64,000 nt of DNA, taken from Azolla caroliniana (lineage: Eukaryota; Plantae; Polypodiophyta). The translations under genes and the position numbers were made by a program. Numbering within the stretch: the stretch's first letter is position 1; each line of letters opens with the position of its first letter. The notes below the pieces were generated by a model. It did not search any database. It had not been told where the DNA came from and saw only the letters and a list, made by a program, of their open reading frames with translations. This document shows positions 38,902 through 50,196 of the stretch, one piece after another. Where the stretch lies: contig JBHGNT010000014.1 of the NCBI GenBank assembly GCA_043228905.1, positions 5,208,001-5,272,000 on the forward strand. The letters run 5' to 3'.

Positions 38902-39382
38902 TGTTACCGGACGGGATGCACTAGATATGTAGAGTGTCATGAGCGAGGATCGAATGCTATAATGTTGTTAATGTTTATGTGTAGATGGGCACAAGCGTAA
39001 TTGTGAGTGTGAGTATTACGTATAAAAACACATGCACACATGTGTGCATGTGGACGGATACGAGGAGGTATGAGTGAGTGATTAGTGTGAATGGTCAAGG
39101 GGACTTGCACCCCAATGTATCTACCCTTTTGTAACTATTTAACCCCTTATGGGGAATGAATGAATAATGAAGGAATAGTTCTCTCTCAATCTCTTCTCTT
39201 GTCATCTCTCTCTCTCTCTCTCTCTCTCTCCCCCTTACGTTGAACCCCCTTGGGAGGGGGGTGGAGCCATTCTAGGCACCACCCCCCCACCCCACAATGC
39301 TTCTCAACATCTTCCCCATCTCCATCCCTATCACTACCCTATTATCACCATAATTGTCATCCCTAACCCTAAACCTACAACA
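38902..39382. mobile_element. Solo LTR in H RT, TSD CGTTT/TGTTT
   Basis: TGTT...AACA ends; removal restores the [12 protein letters not shown] frame. Confidence 0.8.
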
Positions 39383-40779
39383 TGTTTTGCACCAGATATG
39401 GGCACTTCGAGTATACGGTCATGCCATTCGGTCTCACTAATGTGCCAACAGTCTTCCAACACATGGCAAATGATATATTCTGAGATCTCTTGGATGTTTG
39501 TTTGATAATCTATTTGGATGGTCTACTTGTTTATTCAAAGACCCAAGAAGAGCATCATTCTCATGTACTGTTTGTTAGTACAAAAACGGCTTTGAGAACA
39601 TGGTCTTTATGCAAAACTAGAAAAATGTAGTTTCGAGTGCAATCAAGTGGAATTTTTGGGCTATGTCATCTCCTCGGAAGGCATTTCTATGGATCCAGCT
39701 AAGGTCAAAACTGTGGTAGAGTGGCAGATTCCATGTTCGTTGCGAGATGTGCAATGCTTTTTAGGCTTTGCCAATTTCTACCGCAAGTTTATACAGAATT
39801 ACTTAAAACTTATTCTGCCTCTCACACAACTTACCAAGAAGGGGCAATTGTTTTTTTGTTCTAAAGAAGAGGACATGGATTTTGAGAGTCTTAAGAAGGC
39901 ATTTACATCAGCTCCTATCCTAGCCCATGTTGATCTGAAAAAACTGTTCATCATTGAGGTAGATGCGTCAGATTTCGCTTTGGGTAGCATTCTGTCACAA
40001 CAAGGCGATGATTAAAAGCTACATCCCGTGGCTTTCCACTCACGCAAGTTTGACGCCGCCGAAATCGACTATGAAATTCATGATAAGGAGCTATTAGCAA
40101 TATTGGACTCTTTTACGCTTTGGAGGCATTTTCTAGAGGGATCTTCTCATCAAGGCACCGTATTCAGTGATCACAAAAATCTTACCTACTTCCAGAATGC
40201 TCATGTATTAAATCAACGTCAAGCTCGGTGGGCCCAATTCCTCACTTGTTTCGACTTCAAAATTACATATCGTCCTGGGAAGTAGCAAGGGAAGGCAAAT
40301 GCGTTATCGGGGCGCTCGTATCTAGCACCGTGTCCCAGTGAGTCAACATTCAATATTCAAAAGCAAGTAATCTTGGGAATGGCACAACTGCAAGCAACGC
40401 GGGTTTTCGATATGCCATTGGATTCCCACATTATTGATACCGTACGTGAGGACATGAAGACAGGTGCTTTCACTCAAGCCATTCTAGCACAAATTTATCC
40501 CTCTTGGGCATCTTGTTCACAGTCGCAACAACCAGGTACAGACTATTCGAATGTCATAATGGATTACTATTCTTTAAGAAACTCTTGTATCTTCCTAATG
40601 GTTCTTGTCGCCTTTGAGTAGTCCAAAACTGTCATGGCACATATATAGCTGGGCATTTCGGTAGTACTAAACGTGGATATAGTACAACGATCATTCCGGT
40701 GGCCTCATATGTGAAGATTTGTTGAAGACCATGTTCGGACATGTGATACATGTTGCAGGGCAAAGATGCCAAGACATCA

Positions 40780-41870
40780 ACCGAGGATGTGTGGACAGAT
40801 GGAAGAAGATCGGCTAAGGGGAAACTAGGCAGATGCAGGGGGAACTGCCGAAAGAACGAGACGAAGCTAGGGCCAACCGAACAAAGGGGGAGTAGAGGCG
40901 AGAAAGTCAGGACAAGTGGCAGAGCCAAGACGGGCATAGCTGATCATGACAAGAAGGTTAGGAGGAAGACATGGTCGGATGTGGTCAAGGGCCCAAAGGA
41001 GGACCAAATAGAGACATCCAATTTGGGACAAGAGCGGGAACGAATCAAACACAACCGATTCGATCAAGAAGAGTGATTCAGAAGAGCTGAAGTGCATGAA
41101 GAACAAGTAGACAAGGAGTCAGCCAAAGCCGACGCCGAGACGGAGGAGTCGAGGGGCGCCAATACCGCGATAATGAGGGAGCTAACAGGGGCCTGGGTAG
41201 TAGACTAGACGGCCGAGCAGGTCGAGGAGCGCAAAACCGGAGGGGTCGAGAAGCGTTGGACCAGAGGAGCGTGAGTGAGGCGTCCGTACGCCAAGAGAAG
41301 CTGGAACTATGTATCAGCTGGAGATGACACAACGAGACCTCAAGTTGAGCTTGAGGGGGAGTGTTGAGCGAGCAAGCTCAACTAGGGCTGAATTGGTTGA
41401 AGAAGCCGAAAGTTGGATCGGTTGGAGACCAATCGGCTAGGTTTGAATCGGTTGAATAAGCCGAAGGCCGAATTAGTTGAATAAGCCAAGAGTCGGATTA
41501 GTTGGAGATTGATCATCTAGGCCCAAATCAGTTGAATAAGCTAAAAGACGAATCGGTTGGTTGTGAGAGGCCTATATTCCTATTTTAGGAAATAGGAATA
41601 TTATAGGCAGAGTTAGTGTCAGGCTTAGTTAATCAACATTCAAGTACTTGTCAGTACTTGTGTTAGCCTGCTTGTGAGGGCTTGTATAAAAAGTGCTCAC
41701 CGAGCACATTGAATGGAACAAAGAACATTTTGCTAATAGAAGATTATTGTTGTCTGGTCTCTCTGTGTTTGTCTCTCTCCCACTTTGTGTTTCCCTAACT
41801 GTCGGGTTTCCAAATAACCGATTGTACTCTATGTCTTACACATACACTTCCGCACATGTATTCTTTTACA
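40780..41870 (+). mobile_element. Copia 3' fragment: post-RNase H extension, PPT 41345-41361, 3' LTR 41362-~41870
   Basis: WSDVVKG motif shared with K; TTGAGCTTGAGGGGGAG-TGTTGAGCG junction; LTR right end is uncertain. Confidence 0.7.
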
Positions 41871-42010
41871 AAATTTGACCCGAGCATTGGTAAAATCAAA
41901 AGGAATGACCAAAACTCATAATGGCCATAAAGTGTATGAAATTGTTTTTAGGAACATCATCATCACTTATACAAATTTGATGTACATTACGAAGATTTAA
42001 TATAAATTAT

Positions 42011-42082
42011 GCATTTGTGGCCTAATGCATAATGCATTTGACCTCTAATCCAGGGATTGTGTGTTCGAGTCCCACTAGCGTG
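42011..42082 (+). pseudogene. tRNA-Arg(TCT) pseudogene
   Basis: Degenerate copy of 42331-42403 with broken D, anticodon and T stems. Confidence 0.8.
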
Positions 42083-42330
42083 CTATAGGAAGAACAAATA
42101 AATGTGATAACATACTAATATCAATGAGATATAATACTAATGGTACATTACATTGTCACACACATGGTTTGAATAATCAAGAGATTGTGCATTCCAATCA
42201 AATCCTACACAAATAAATAATAGTAAATATTATCGAATACTTTATATGAAAATCTCCCTGACCACAACAATGCAAACATATTGTAGCATTCTAAGTTTAT
42301 TAGGAGATGTTCCTAGAGTTTGTCAATCAA

Positions 42331-42403
42331 GCGCTTGTGGCCTAATGGATAAGGCACTTGACTTCTAATCAAGGGATTGTGGGTTCGAGTCCCACCATGC
42401 GTG
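42331..42403 (+). tRNA. tRNA-Arg(TCT), gene or young pseudogene
   Basis: 73-nt cloverleaf: D stem GCCT/AGGC, anticodon stem CTTGA/TCAAG with TCT at 42364-42366, T arm GTGGG-TTCGAGT-CCCAC. One T:T mismatch in the acceptor stem and no adjacent oligo-T. Confidence 0.8.
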
Positions 42404-42691
42404 TTATAGAAAGAACAGATAAATGTGATTGGAACATACTAACATTGGATATTGTAGATTTTAGTCCAATCACGCATTCCACACAAAAAACGAACAATGT
42501 TATCGAATGGTTTATAATCAAGAGATTGTGGATTTCAATCCAATCATGCATTCTACACAAAAACCAAACAATAAATTTTATCGAATCGTTTATATGAAAA
42601 TCTTCAACACCCTGACCACAACAATGAACATAACATGTAACATTTAGTATTCCTCGTGTATTAGGACATATTCCTCGAGTCCCTAAATCAA

Positions 42692-42715
42692 GTTCTTGTG
42701 GCCTTATGGATAAGG
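42692..42715 (+). pseudogene. Truncated third tRNA-Arg copy
   Basis: CTTGTGGCCTTATGGATAAGG with the same upstream spacer, then an abrupt break. Confidence 0.7.
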
Positions 42716-43009
42716 GTGAAAGCACGGGAGTGGAAACAATAAGCTATTTCATTGACATAGCTAATTAGCTATGCAAAAAGCTACCAGTGATAAATAGTTT
42801 TTTTGCATCATGAATGAAAACATTAGAATGTTTTAATTATATAAATGAGCACCATAAATGTGCAACATAAACGTGCACCATAAATGGAAATGTGCACCAT
42901 AACTAGAAACATTAATTATATACCAAATTCCTTAGGTTCATTATGCATGATCCATTGCCACATCACGTTGGCCATCACTTCGTGACTATTCAGGCTCGAT
43001 TACTACTAC

Positions 43010-43490
43010 TGTTCACTCCTGCTGGGTTCACTCCTCTATTGCCGCCATTTTACGCTCAGTCTCCGCCATTGTTTGGTCCTAGATTGCTGCCACTGTTCGA
43101 TCCGACTGAGTTCACTCTTCCATTGTCACCATTGTACTCTCAATTGCTGCCACTGTTCGGTTTTGGATTGTTGCCACTATTTGATCCAATTGAGTTCACT
43201 CCTCCATTGTCACCATTGTACTCTCAGTTGTCGGCACTATTCGGTTCTGGATTGCTCTAACTGTTTGATCTGACCGAGTTCACTCCATTGTCACCATTGT
43301 ACTCTTAGTTGTCGCCACTATTCGGTTCTGGATTGTTCTCACTGTTTGATCTGACCGAGTTCACTCCATTGTCACCATTGTACTCTCAGTTGCCACCATT
43401 GTTTGGTACTAGGTTGTTGCCACTGTTCACTCCAACTGAGTTAGTTCCTCCATTGTATGCTCAGTTTTCGCCACTGTTCACTCCGACTGG
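43010..43490. repeat. Degenerate 81-84-bp tandem repeat, ~5-6 copies
   Basis: Repeating CCACTGTTYGATCYGACYGAGTTCACTCCATTGTCACCATTGTACTCTCAGTTG core. Confidence 0.85.
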
Positions 43491-44731
43491 TATCCATTGC
43501 ATCTACACCTTCGTCTGTTAATTATCTTGTGTATAATCATGTGTATTGTTGTGTATAATCTTGTGTATTGCGGAATAATTTTGTGTATTGTTGCAGATAG
43601 TCATCACTGTTTTTGACGAAGGTTGAGTAGCTTTCACTCCGCTGCAACAAACAGTCACTTACCACCACTGTGTGATCTTGCAAATGGTGGGATCACTCCT
43701 GTCAATAACAGGTTTGCATGTGGTATATATGTCAAGCCAAATGGAAGGGGACGGAGTGTGTTTACCAACAGCCCTCAAGGATCATCAGAATAGGGATGAG
43801 GCTATGAGTACACAACAAGCAATACAAAAGTATTGGGCAGAAAAGAAAAGGAAACATAGTCAAATGTTAAAGGATAAAATAGACACATCAACTAAAGGTA
43901 AAGATAGTATTGGTTGCGATGTAGGTCTGATTCTTTGAATACCACTGAGAATGGAAGTAATGAGACTACTATCATAGAGAGAATGGTTGTAGTCCATTTC
44001 AATGTTCAAACCAAGCACATCAACAATGAAGAAAAGAAGGCAATACTTTATTGAATATTAAATGATCCATCGATAAAGGAGTTAGTTGATTGTGATGGTC
44101 TTAATGCAAACATAACATCTGTACTAGTAAATAATCTCCGTAATAGTTTCATATCCTTGAGCAGGTCAAAAGATGATATTGTCTTAAAAAGGTCTAGTCT
44201 AGTGATGTTACTTAATAGTGATGTGGACGATCTTAACATCAGTGTGCTATCTTAGGTAATTGATGTTAGTGAAAAAGTGTGTACAATACAATGAACCATA
44301 TTATTTCAAGTGGTGACGGAACAAGTCTACTAAAGCTAACAACAAGATGTAAGCCAATGACTCCCATAACATCAGAAATCAAGGATATAATCACCATATT
44401 TTGGACTAACGAGAGTACGATTTCACGCAATAAGAAGGATTTGTGCAGGAAACGTGTTGGAAGGAGTCAATACAAGGAGCATACCATTTATCTTCTTGAT
44501 GTACCTCAGGTATTTACATTTATCTCATCTTTTGTTTTGATTATTGAGCTTAATATCACAAGTCTATGCACTATTGAGATTACAATCACTAGGTAGTTAG
44601 CTGCAATAACTAGTGGCCTGAGCTTCTATCTACATCAGGACATAGTTGATTAGCTACATTAAGTCATAGTAAAGGATAATTAGGTAAATAGCTACTTCAA
44701 GTATCAGGCATAACTAATTAGCGACATATGA

Positions 44732-45160
44732 TGTCGTGAAGATTTTCACCAACAACATGAAAATCGCGTGGGGACAAAATCGAGAATGTGCAATGTGTGC
44801 ACGTGTGGATGGGGTGAGGGTCACACATGTACACTAGCATGTTGTAAATAATACAGAAATGAGAATCATAAAAGGAAGGGTAGATGTAAGGTTAAACATA
44901 TGCACATTTCCCAAACACTTATAAATATAAAAATAAGACTAAAGCCTAGTAACATTTGCGTGCATACAAATGAGAATCGTAAAAGGAAGGTTAGATGTAA
45001 GGTTAAACATATGCACATTTCTCAAACACTTGTAAATATAAAAATAAGACTAAAGCCTAGTAACATTTGAGTGCATACAAAGGGGTGCAAGCAAGGTTTG
45101 ACCCTTGCACCTCCAAGATAGTGATGGTCCAATGTGCGTGCGGAAACGTATGTGAGGACC
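44732..45160 (+). mobile_element. Partial LTR of the Trp-primed gypsy family with an internal ~110-bp duplication
   Basis: Begins TGTCGTGAAGATTTTC like the B LTR terminus; 44858-44968 is repeated at 44969-45080. Confidence 0.6.
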
Positions 45161-46974
45161 TGTCATATGTGCTTAGCAAACAACACAAAAGGAAGACAAG
45201 AGAATAGACAGAAGATATACGCGGTTTAAGTTTTAATGGAAGCTTTGTTATTACGTTCTCTCTCTCTTAGAGACTCTGTACAAGAATGATTGTAAAAGAA
45301 TATGTGTGGGGAAGCGGATGCGTAAGACATAGAGTACACGGTTCAGAAGTACGACAGTTTGGTAAAACGCAGAAATCACAAAGAAAGAGAGGGAGAGTAG
45401 AAACAAAAGTATATTAAAAAATTAATCTATGTATGTTCTCTATACATACTTCGTGCTCAGTGAGCACCTTTTATACCAGCCCTAACTATTGGGTTGACAC
45501 AAGTACTAATAGTACTTGACCGCTCATAAATGAGCCTTGTACAATAACTCCCAAAATTATCCCTTACGAGGAATAATGTTCTAACGGCCTCTCGGTTTAC
45601 AAACCGCTACAACCATGTTTTGCGTACGATTTTACGCACCCAGTCTACACATTGGATTACGCACCCATTTACGCACCTAATGTTGAGTTTGTATCTCAAC
45701 TGTCAAGAACAATACTAAGACAAAGAAGGAATTAGTACTAAATGAAGGATTAGTATTATGAGAGGTGTAGAACTTCTTTCAGAGAAGGAAGAAGTGAGCG
45801 AGACGGAGAGAAAGAGAGAGATCGAGAGAGGGAGAGAGTGATGATAAGAAAGATATGTATTATGTGAAGAGAATATACAATGGTGGCTAAAAGGCTTAAG
45901 ATTGGCGTTGAACCAATTTGGTTCAACATAATGCCTAGTGCCTTCTTTTATAGTGTTTTCAGGAGTAATCCTGAAGCTTCTAGAATGTTCCAGAGAAATC
46001 TGGAATATACATTAATTTCCTATAATAAAATGTAAATGAAAATAATATCTTACATATTACAATAGATGATATAATGGTCAAGAGCTCGACCCATGTAACC
46101 TAAGGTCATGGGTTCGAGTGTTGCCATATCATGACATCAACAGTCCCCCTCAAGCTCAACTTGAGGTTCCATATGCTTTTCCGGATATTTGCTCCGGCCT
46201 CTCTTGGCTTCACGCCTCGCTCGCGCTCCTCGACCCGTTTGATTCCGCGCGCTTTGACCCTTCCGGTCGTCTTGTCTGCTTATGCGGCCCTTCGCAGCTC
46301 CCTTGTTGTGCGGTGTTGGCGCCTCTTTCACTGCCCTTTCCTCCGCTTGGCCTTTAGTCGATTCGTAATGTTCGAATCGAACATTTCAATTAAATCAGTC
46401 ACTTTCGATTCAATTCCACTTTCACCCGAATTGGTTGTCTCCAATTCGTCTTCTGTTTTTAGGCCCTTGACAACATCTGACCTTGTCTTGGTCTTGGCCT
46501 TTACGCCCTTCTTGGCTGTATTTCCCCTTTGTTCGGCTGTCTTCGGCTCTTCCTTGCGATTATGGCCCTTGCTTACTTCTTCGGCTTCTTTAGCCGGTCC
46601 AAAATTGAATTCTTCATCCGATTCGGCACCACGATCACTACCGCTCCTTTCACGCTCTTGTTCCTATCTCCCCCTCAAGTTCGGTGTGTCGAGGTGATGC
46701 AAACCCAGCTCACCCAAGAAATGCTGCAACTTGTCGAGACCAAGGGGCTTGGTGAAGATGTCGGCAATCTGCCGACCCATGGGAACATACACTATTTCGA
46801 CTTCACCAGAAAGGACACGATCGCGGACAAAATGGTAGTGCACCTCAATGTGCTTGGTCCGGGCGTGGAATACAAGGTTTTTCGCAAGGTGGATGCTCCT
46901 AAGGTTGTCGCAATAGATCATCGTTGGATCAGACACCTCCACATGCAAATCCCGTAATAGTCGTTTCAGCCAAA
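45161..46974 (-). mobile_element. Copia 3' fragment: RNase H end 46664-46974, extension, PPT 46143-46159, 3' LTR ~45161-46142 (interrupted)
   Basis: HARTKHIEVHYHFVRD, QIADIFTK and LRG; same PPT as K. LTR left end is approximate. Confidence 0.8.
45701..46136 (-). mobile_element. Solo LTR of the G family, TSD TCAAC
   Basis: Closely matches 3721-4156; TCAAC at 45696-45700 and 46137-46141. Confidence 0.93.
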
Positions 46975-47787
46975 CAAGGTTGTTAGGTACAGTACGGATA
47001 CCATACGTATTTAACGTATTAATACCCGTAAAAATACATTAAATATGTTTTCTTAATATGTTAAATACTTATAAATATGTAAAATACGTATTTTACGTAT
47101 AATATGTTAAATACCTCTAGAATTTGAAAATTATTTACCTTTCTAAAAAATATGTATAATATTGTGAAAAACATCTATGTTTACACAATTTTGTGATGTA
47201 CAATATAGTTCTACATCCTAAAATGCATATAAGACATTTGACCATTTCACATCCTAAAATACTTGTAGTAATATAGATGTCGACATTCCCTTATTCTATA
47301 AATCAGTGTAAGTGTGTATCATGATGTTCTACTTCAAATTGTAATTATTTACAATTATGCCTTCATATATTGAGGAATCATCTACGATTATCACACTCAT
47401 GATAGGTTTCTCTTTTCTTCGTTTTCTTCTTCTTCTTCTTCTATCTTTTGCGATTATCACACTCAGGACAAGTTTATGTCTTCTTTTCTCTCTCTCTTCT
47501 TCTTCTTCTTCATCTTCTTCATCGTCGTCTCTACTATTCTTCTTTCTTCCTTCCTTTGGTTTCTTTTTCACTAAAATCTTTTTTTTCTTTTGCTTTTTGT
47601 TAGGGTTTTACTTACATTTTCTTTATAGATACATATTATACCTGTTTTTTTATAAATATTTTAAATACTGTATTGAACAAATGTACATGATATTTGACTG
47701 AACAACATTGAGGTATAATACGTACTATACAAATGAAGAGGTACTATACGTATTTAAACATTAAATACGGGTACGTAAACAACCATG
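46975..47787. mobile_element. hAT-like non-autonomous element
   Basis: Imperfect TIRs CAAGGTTGTTAGGTAC / reverse complement CATGGTTGTTTACGTAC, subterminal TACG repeats, AT-rich; no 8-bp TSD. Confidence 0.5.
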
Positions 47788-48375
47788 GCTACTACCATAC
47801 TTTAGTTATAGTGGCTAATTAGCTAGTACTATACTTTAGCTGAGTAGCTAATTAGCTACTACCATACTTTAGTAGAGTAGCTAATTAGTTGCCACAATAT
47901 TGACAAAGAGTAGCTAATTAGCTAAGTGGTAGCTAATTAGCTATTGTCATAGTCTAGAAGAATAGCTAGTTAGCTAAGATGTAGCTGAGTAGTTGATTAG
48001 CGACCATGTTGTTGTGGAATCTTGTGGATTAAGGAGCGCGCATGAGGTGTCTAGTGTTGATGATGCTACAACCGATGAGGAGATAGCTGCCAACGTGGGT
48101 GAAAGAAAGAGTCCTACTATCACATCTCCTTCAGATTAGCTCCACCCTATTCTTTTGGAAGATTGTACTGAATTAGGCAACGATGTGAAAAGCCATCAAA
48201 TATTGGAAACAACATGTAAATATGATGTTCACAACAATAGTGTTTTTGAACAGACACATGGTAGCTTCACGCCACTGGCTTTTCAACCAAGTGCAATGAC
48301 CAATTATATGAATCAGCAGTTCCTCGAACCATTACCAATTCCAAGTAAGTCGTGGCAATCCATTTCTCTAGATTA

Positions 48376-49022
48376 AAAAAAATAAAAAATATCCTCCATT
48401 AGTATTAAAATTAAAGTGGCCAAAGGCAAGATACAAGATAATCCAACATTACAATGAATATTGTGTAGCCATGTTAACTGACCATAGCCAATCTTTCTAG
48501 ATAAAGATAAATAATTTTTATTTTTTTCTATCCAATCTTATTCATATTCGGCATCCAAGAATAATGTTTCATCCAAACAACCCCTTTCTTTCAATATCAG
48601 CATGCATCTCACGTCCCTTCAGAATCTCCTTGCATTTTTAGTGCCTTTGCACTTGCAATACATGATTTGTTATTTTGTTTTCAGCTTCTGCACTAGAATT
48701 CGAATAAATCCACCAAATTTGGTTCGTAAACATGAACTCCACAATTGATAAACTTCTCCCTAAGTAATATTGTTTCCCTACCATCGTCCACATGACCAAG
48801 TAACGTCGATGCCATGCCAAAGCCCATAGCACCAATTCCATCGTATTCAACATGTAGTGATATATCTTCTTTCACAATGATTCCTTGATCGTTGCTGCAT
48901 GTAAGAGTTCATCATATCCATATGAACCTACCATATGAAAATACTGGTTCTCTACTACAATCCAATCTCCTCAAACCCTCATGAAAATTTGCTTCTGCCT
49001 CCGCCATCATCTTCGCTCATCG
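48376..49022 (-). pseudogene. PPR (PLS-class)-like gene fragment captured inside H integrase
   Basis: Minus-strand translation KGREMHADIERKGLFG*NIILG (~48555-48620) resembles a PPR L-motif; the remainder is decayed. Confidence 0.45.
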
Positions 49023-49354
49023 TCATCACAAATCTTCTAGTTTCAAAGGGATTCGACGCGATCTTAACAGTAGTAGATCAATATACAAAGATGACACATT
49101 TTCTACCTTGTATAAGGAAATCACAAGTAAAGAAACCGCCAAAATTGTCATGCGAGAGGTATGTTGACATCATGGCCTCCCTGATAGCATCATCAATCAC
49201 CGTGGACCCCAATTCATCTCGAAATTCTGGAAGTATCTCTTCAAAATGCTCAAGGTCACTTGTAATCTCTCCTTCGACTGTCACCCACAAATAGATGGAC
49301 AAGCAAAATGAACAAATCAAAAGCTGGAACAATATCTTTGGTGTTTTCTAAGCT

Positions 49355-50180
49355 GAGCCTGTACAACAACTTTAATGAAGAGAGTTAGGCTCATGTGCTT
49401 AGGGAGAAAATTGGTACCATGCTGGAGAGCAAAAATGCTGTGAATCGGGTCTTAGTATTCAGGAAGTTAGTGAGACTCTGATACCAAGAAGGATCTAGTA
49501 TGGTAGAGCACATGAATGCCTTCCACGGGCTAATAAACCCCAAAACCTCGTTGGAAGTACCTCTAGCTGATGAGGTACTCGCGCTGCTGCTGCTGCTCAA
49601 TTCCCTCCTGGATAGTTGGGAGACGCTAGTTGTCACTTTGGGCAACGTCGGGCCGGAAGGGAAACACCTATCCCTAGCAAGGGTAAAATATAGCTTGCTG
49701 GATGAAGAAGCTCGTCGGAAGGACTGGGAGTCCGAAACTGATTCGAAGGCCTTGGTTACGGAAGATGACAATAACCAGGGAAGAGGCCGGAATCGGAGTC
49801 CCTAGATCTGGGACAAATTGGGGATGAGGTCGAAGTCAAGGGGGAGGCCCACTTGCTTTTATGGCGGAAAGTCGGGGCACTTCCGGAAGAATTGCCAACA
49901 CTTTCGGAAAGCCAAAAGAAGAACTGACACTCCGGAACCGAAGAAGATTTCGGAAAGAAGAGGATTGTCGGCAATTGCGACAAGTGAAGAAGAAATGTTG
50001 TTCATCACTGAGGAGAGCGAGCTCCATCTTGTCAGTGACGAAACGACATGGGTCGACTCCGGAGCGTCATTCCATCTGACCCCCGATCGGAAATGCTTCT
50101 CATCCTACAGGGCTGGAGATCACGGTTGTGTCCGGATGGGGAATGAAGGTGCATGCCGAATTGTTGGCATAGGAGATGTG
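49355..50180 (+). mobile_element. Copia gag-protease fragment related to E, no LTR or TSD
   Basis: Colinear with E 27296-28140 (EVPLADEVLAL, VDSGASFHLTPDRKCF). Confidence 0.88.
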
Positions 50181-50196
50181 ATGCCGATGATGTCAA

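Larger units (their letters stand above)
42723..48003 (+). mobile_element. Putative DNA-transposon relic (pieces 42723-44731 and 47788-48003)
   Basis: Starts CACGGGAGTGG. Palindromic AGCTAATTAGCT-like repeats at ~42759, 44590-44722 and 47788-48002. Decayed exon-like 43597-44509 with FWTNESTISRNKKD..RKR..Y.EH...L...Q. Confidence 0.35.

Noticed and set aside
40750-41076. ORF as an independent gene
   Set aside because: Spans the H/copia junction; only the part after ~40780 is the copia extension.
42943-43521. Pro/Leu-rich repeat protein
   Set aside because: A repeat unit divisible by three keeps frames open; there are internal stops and no other support.
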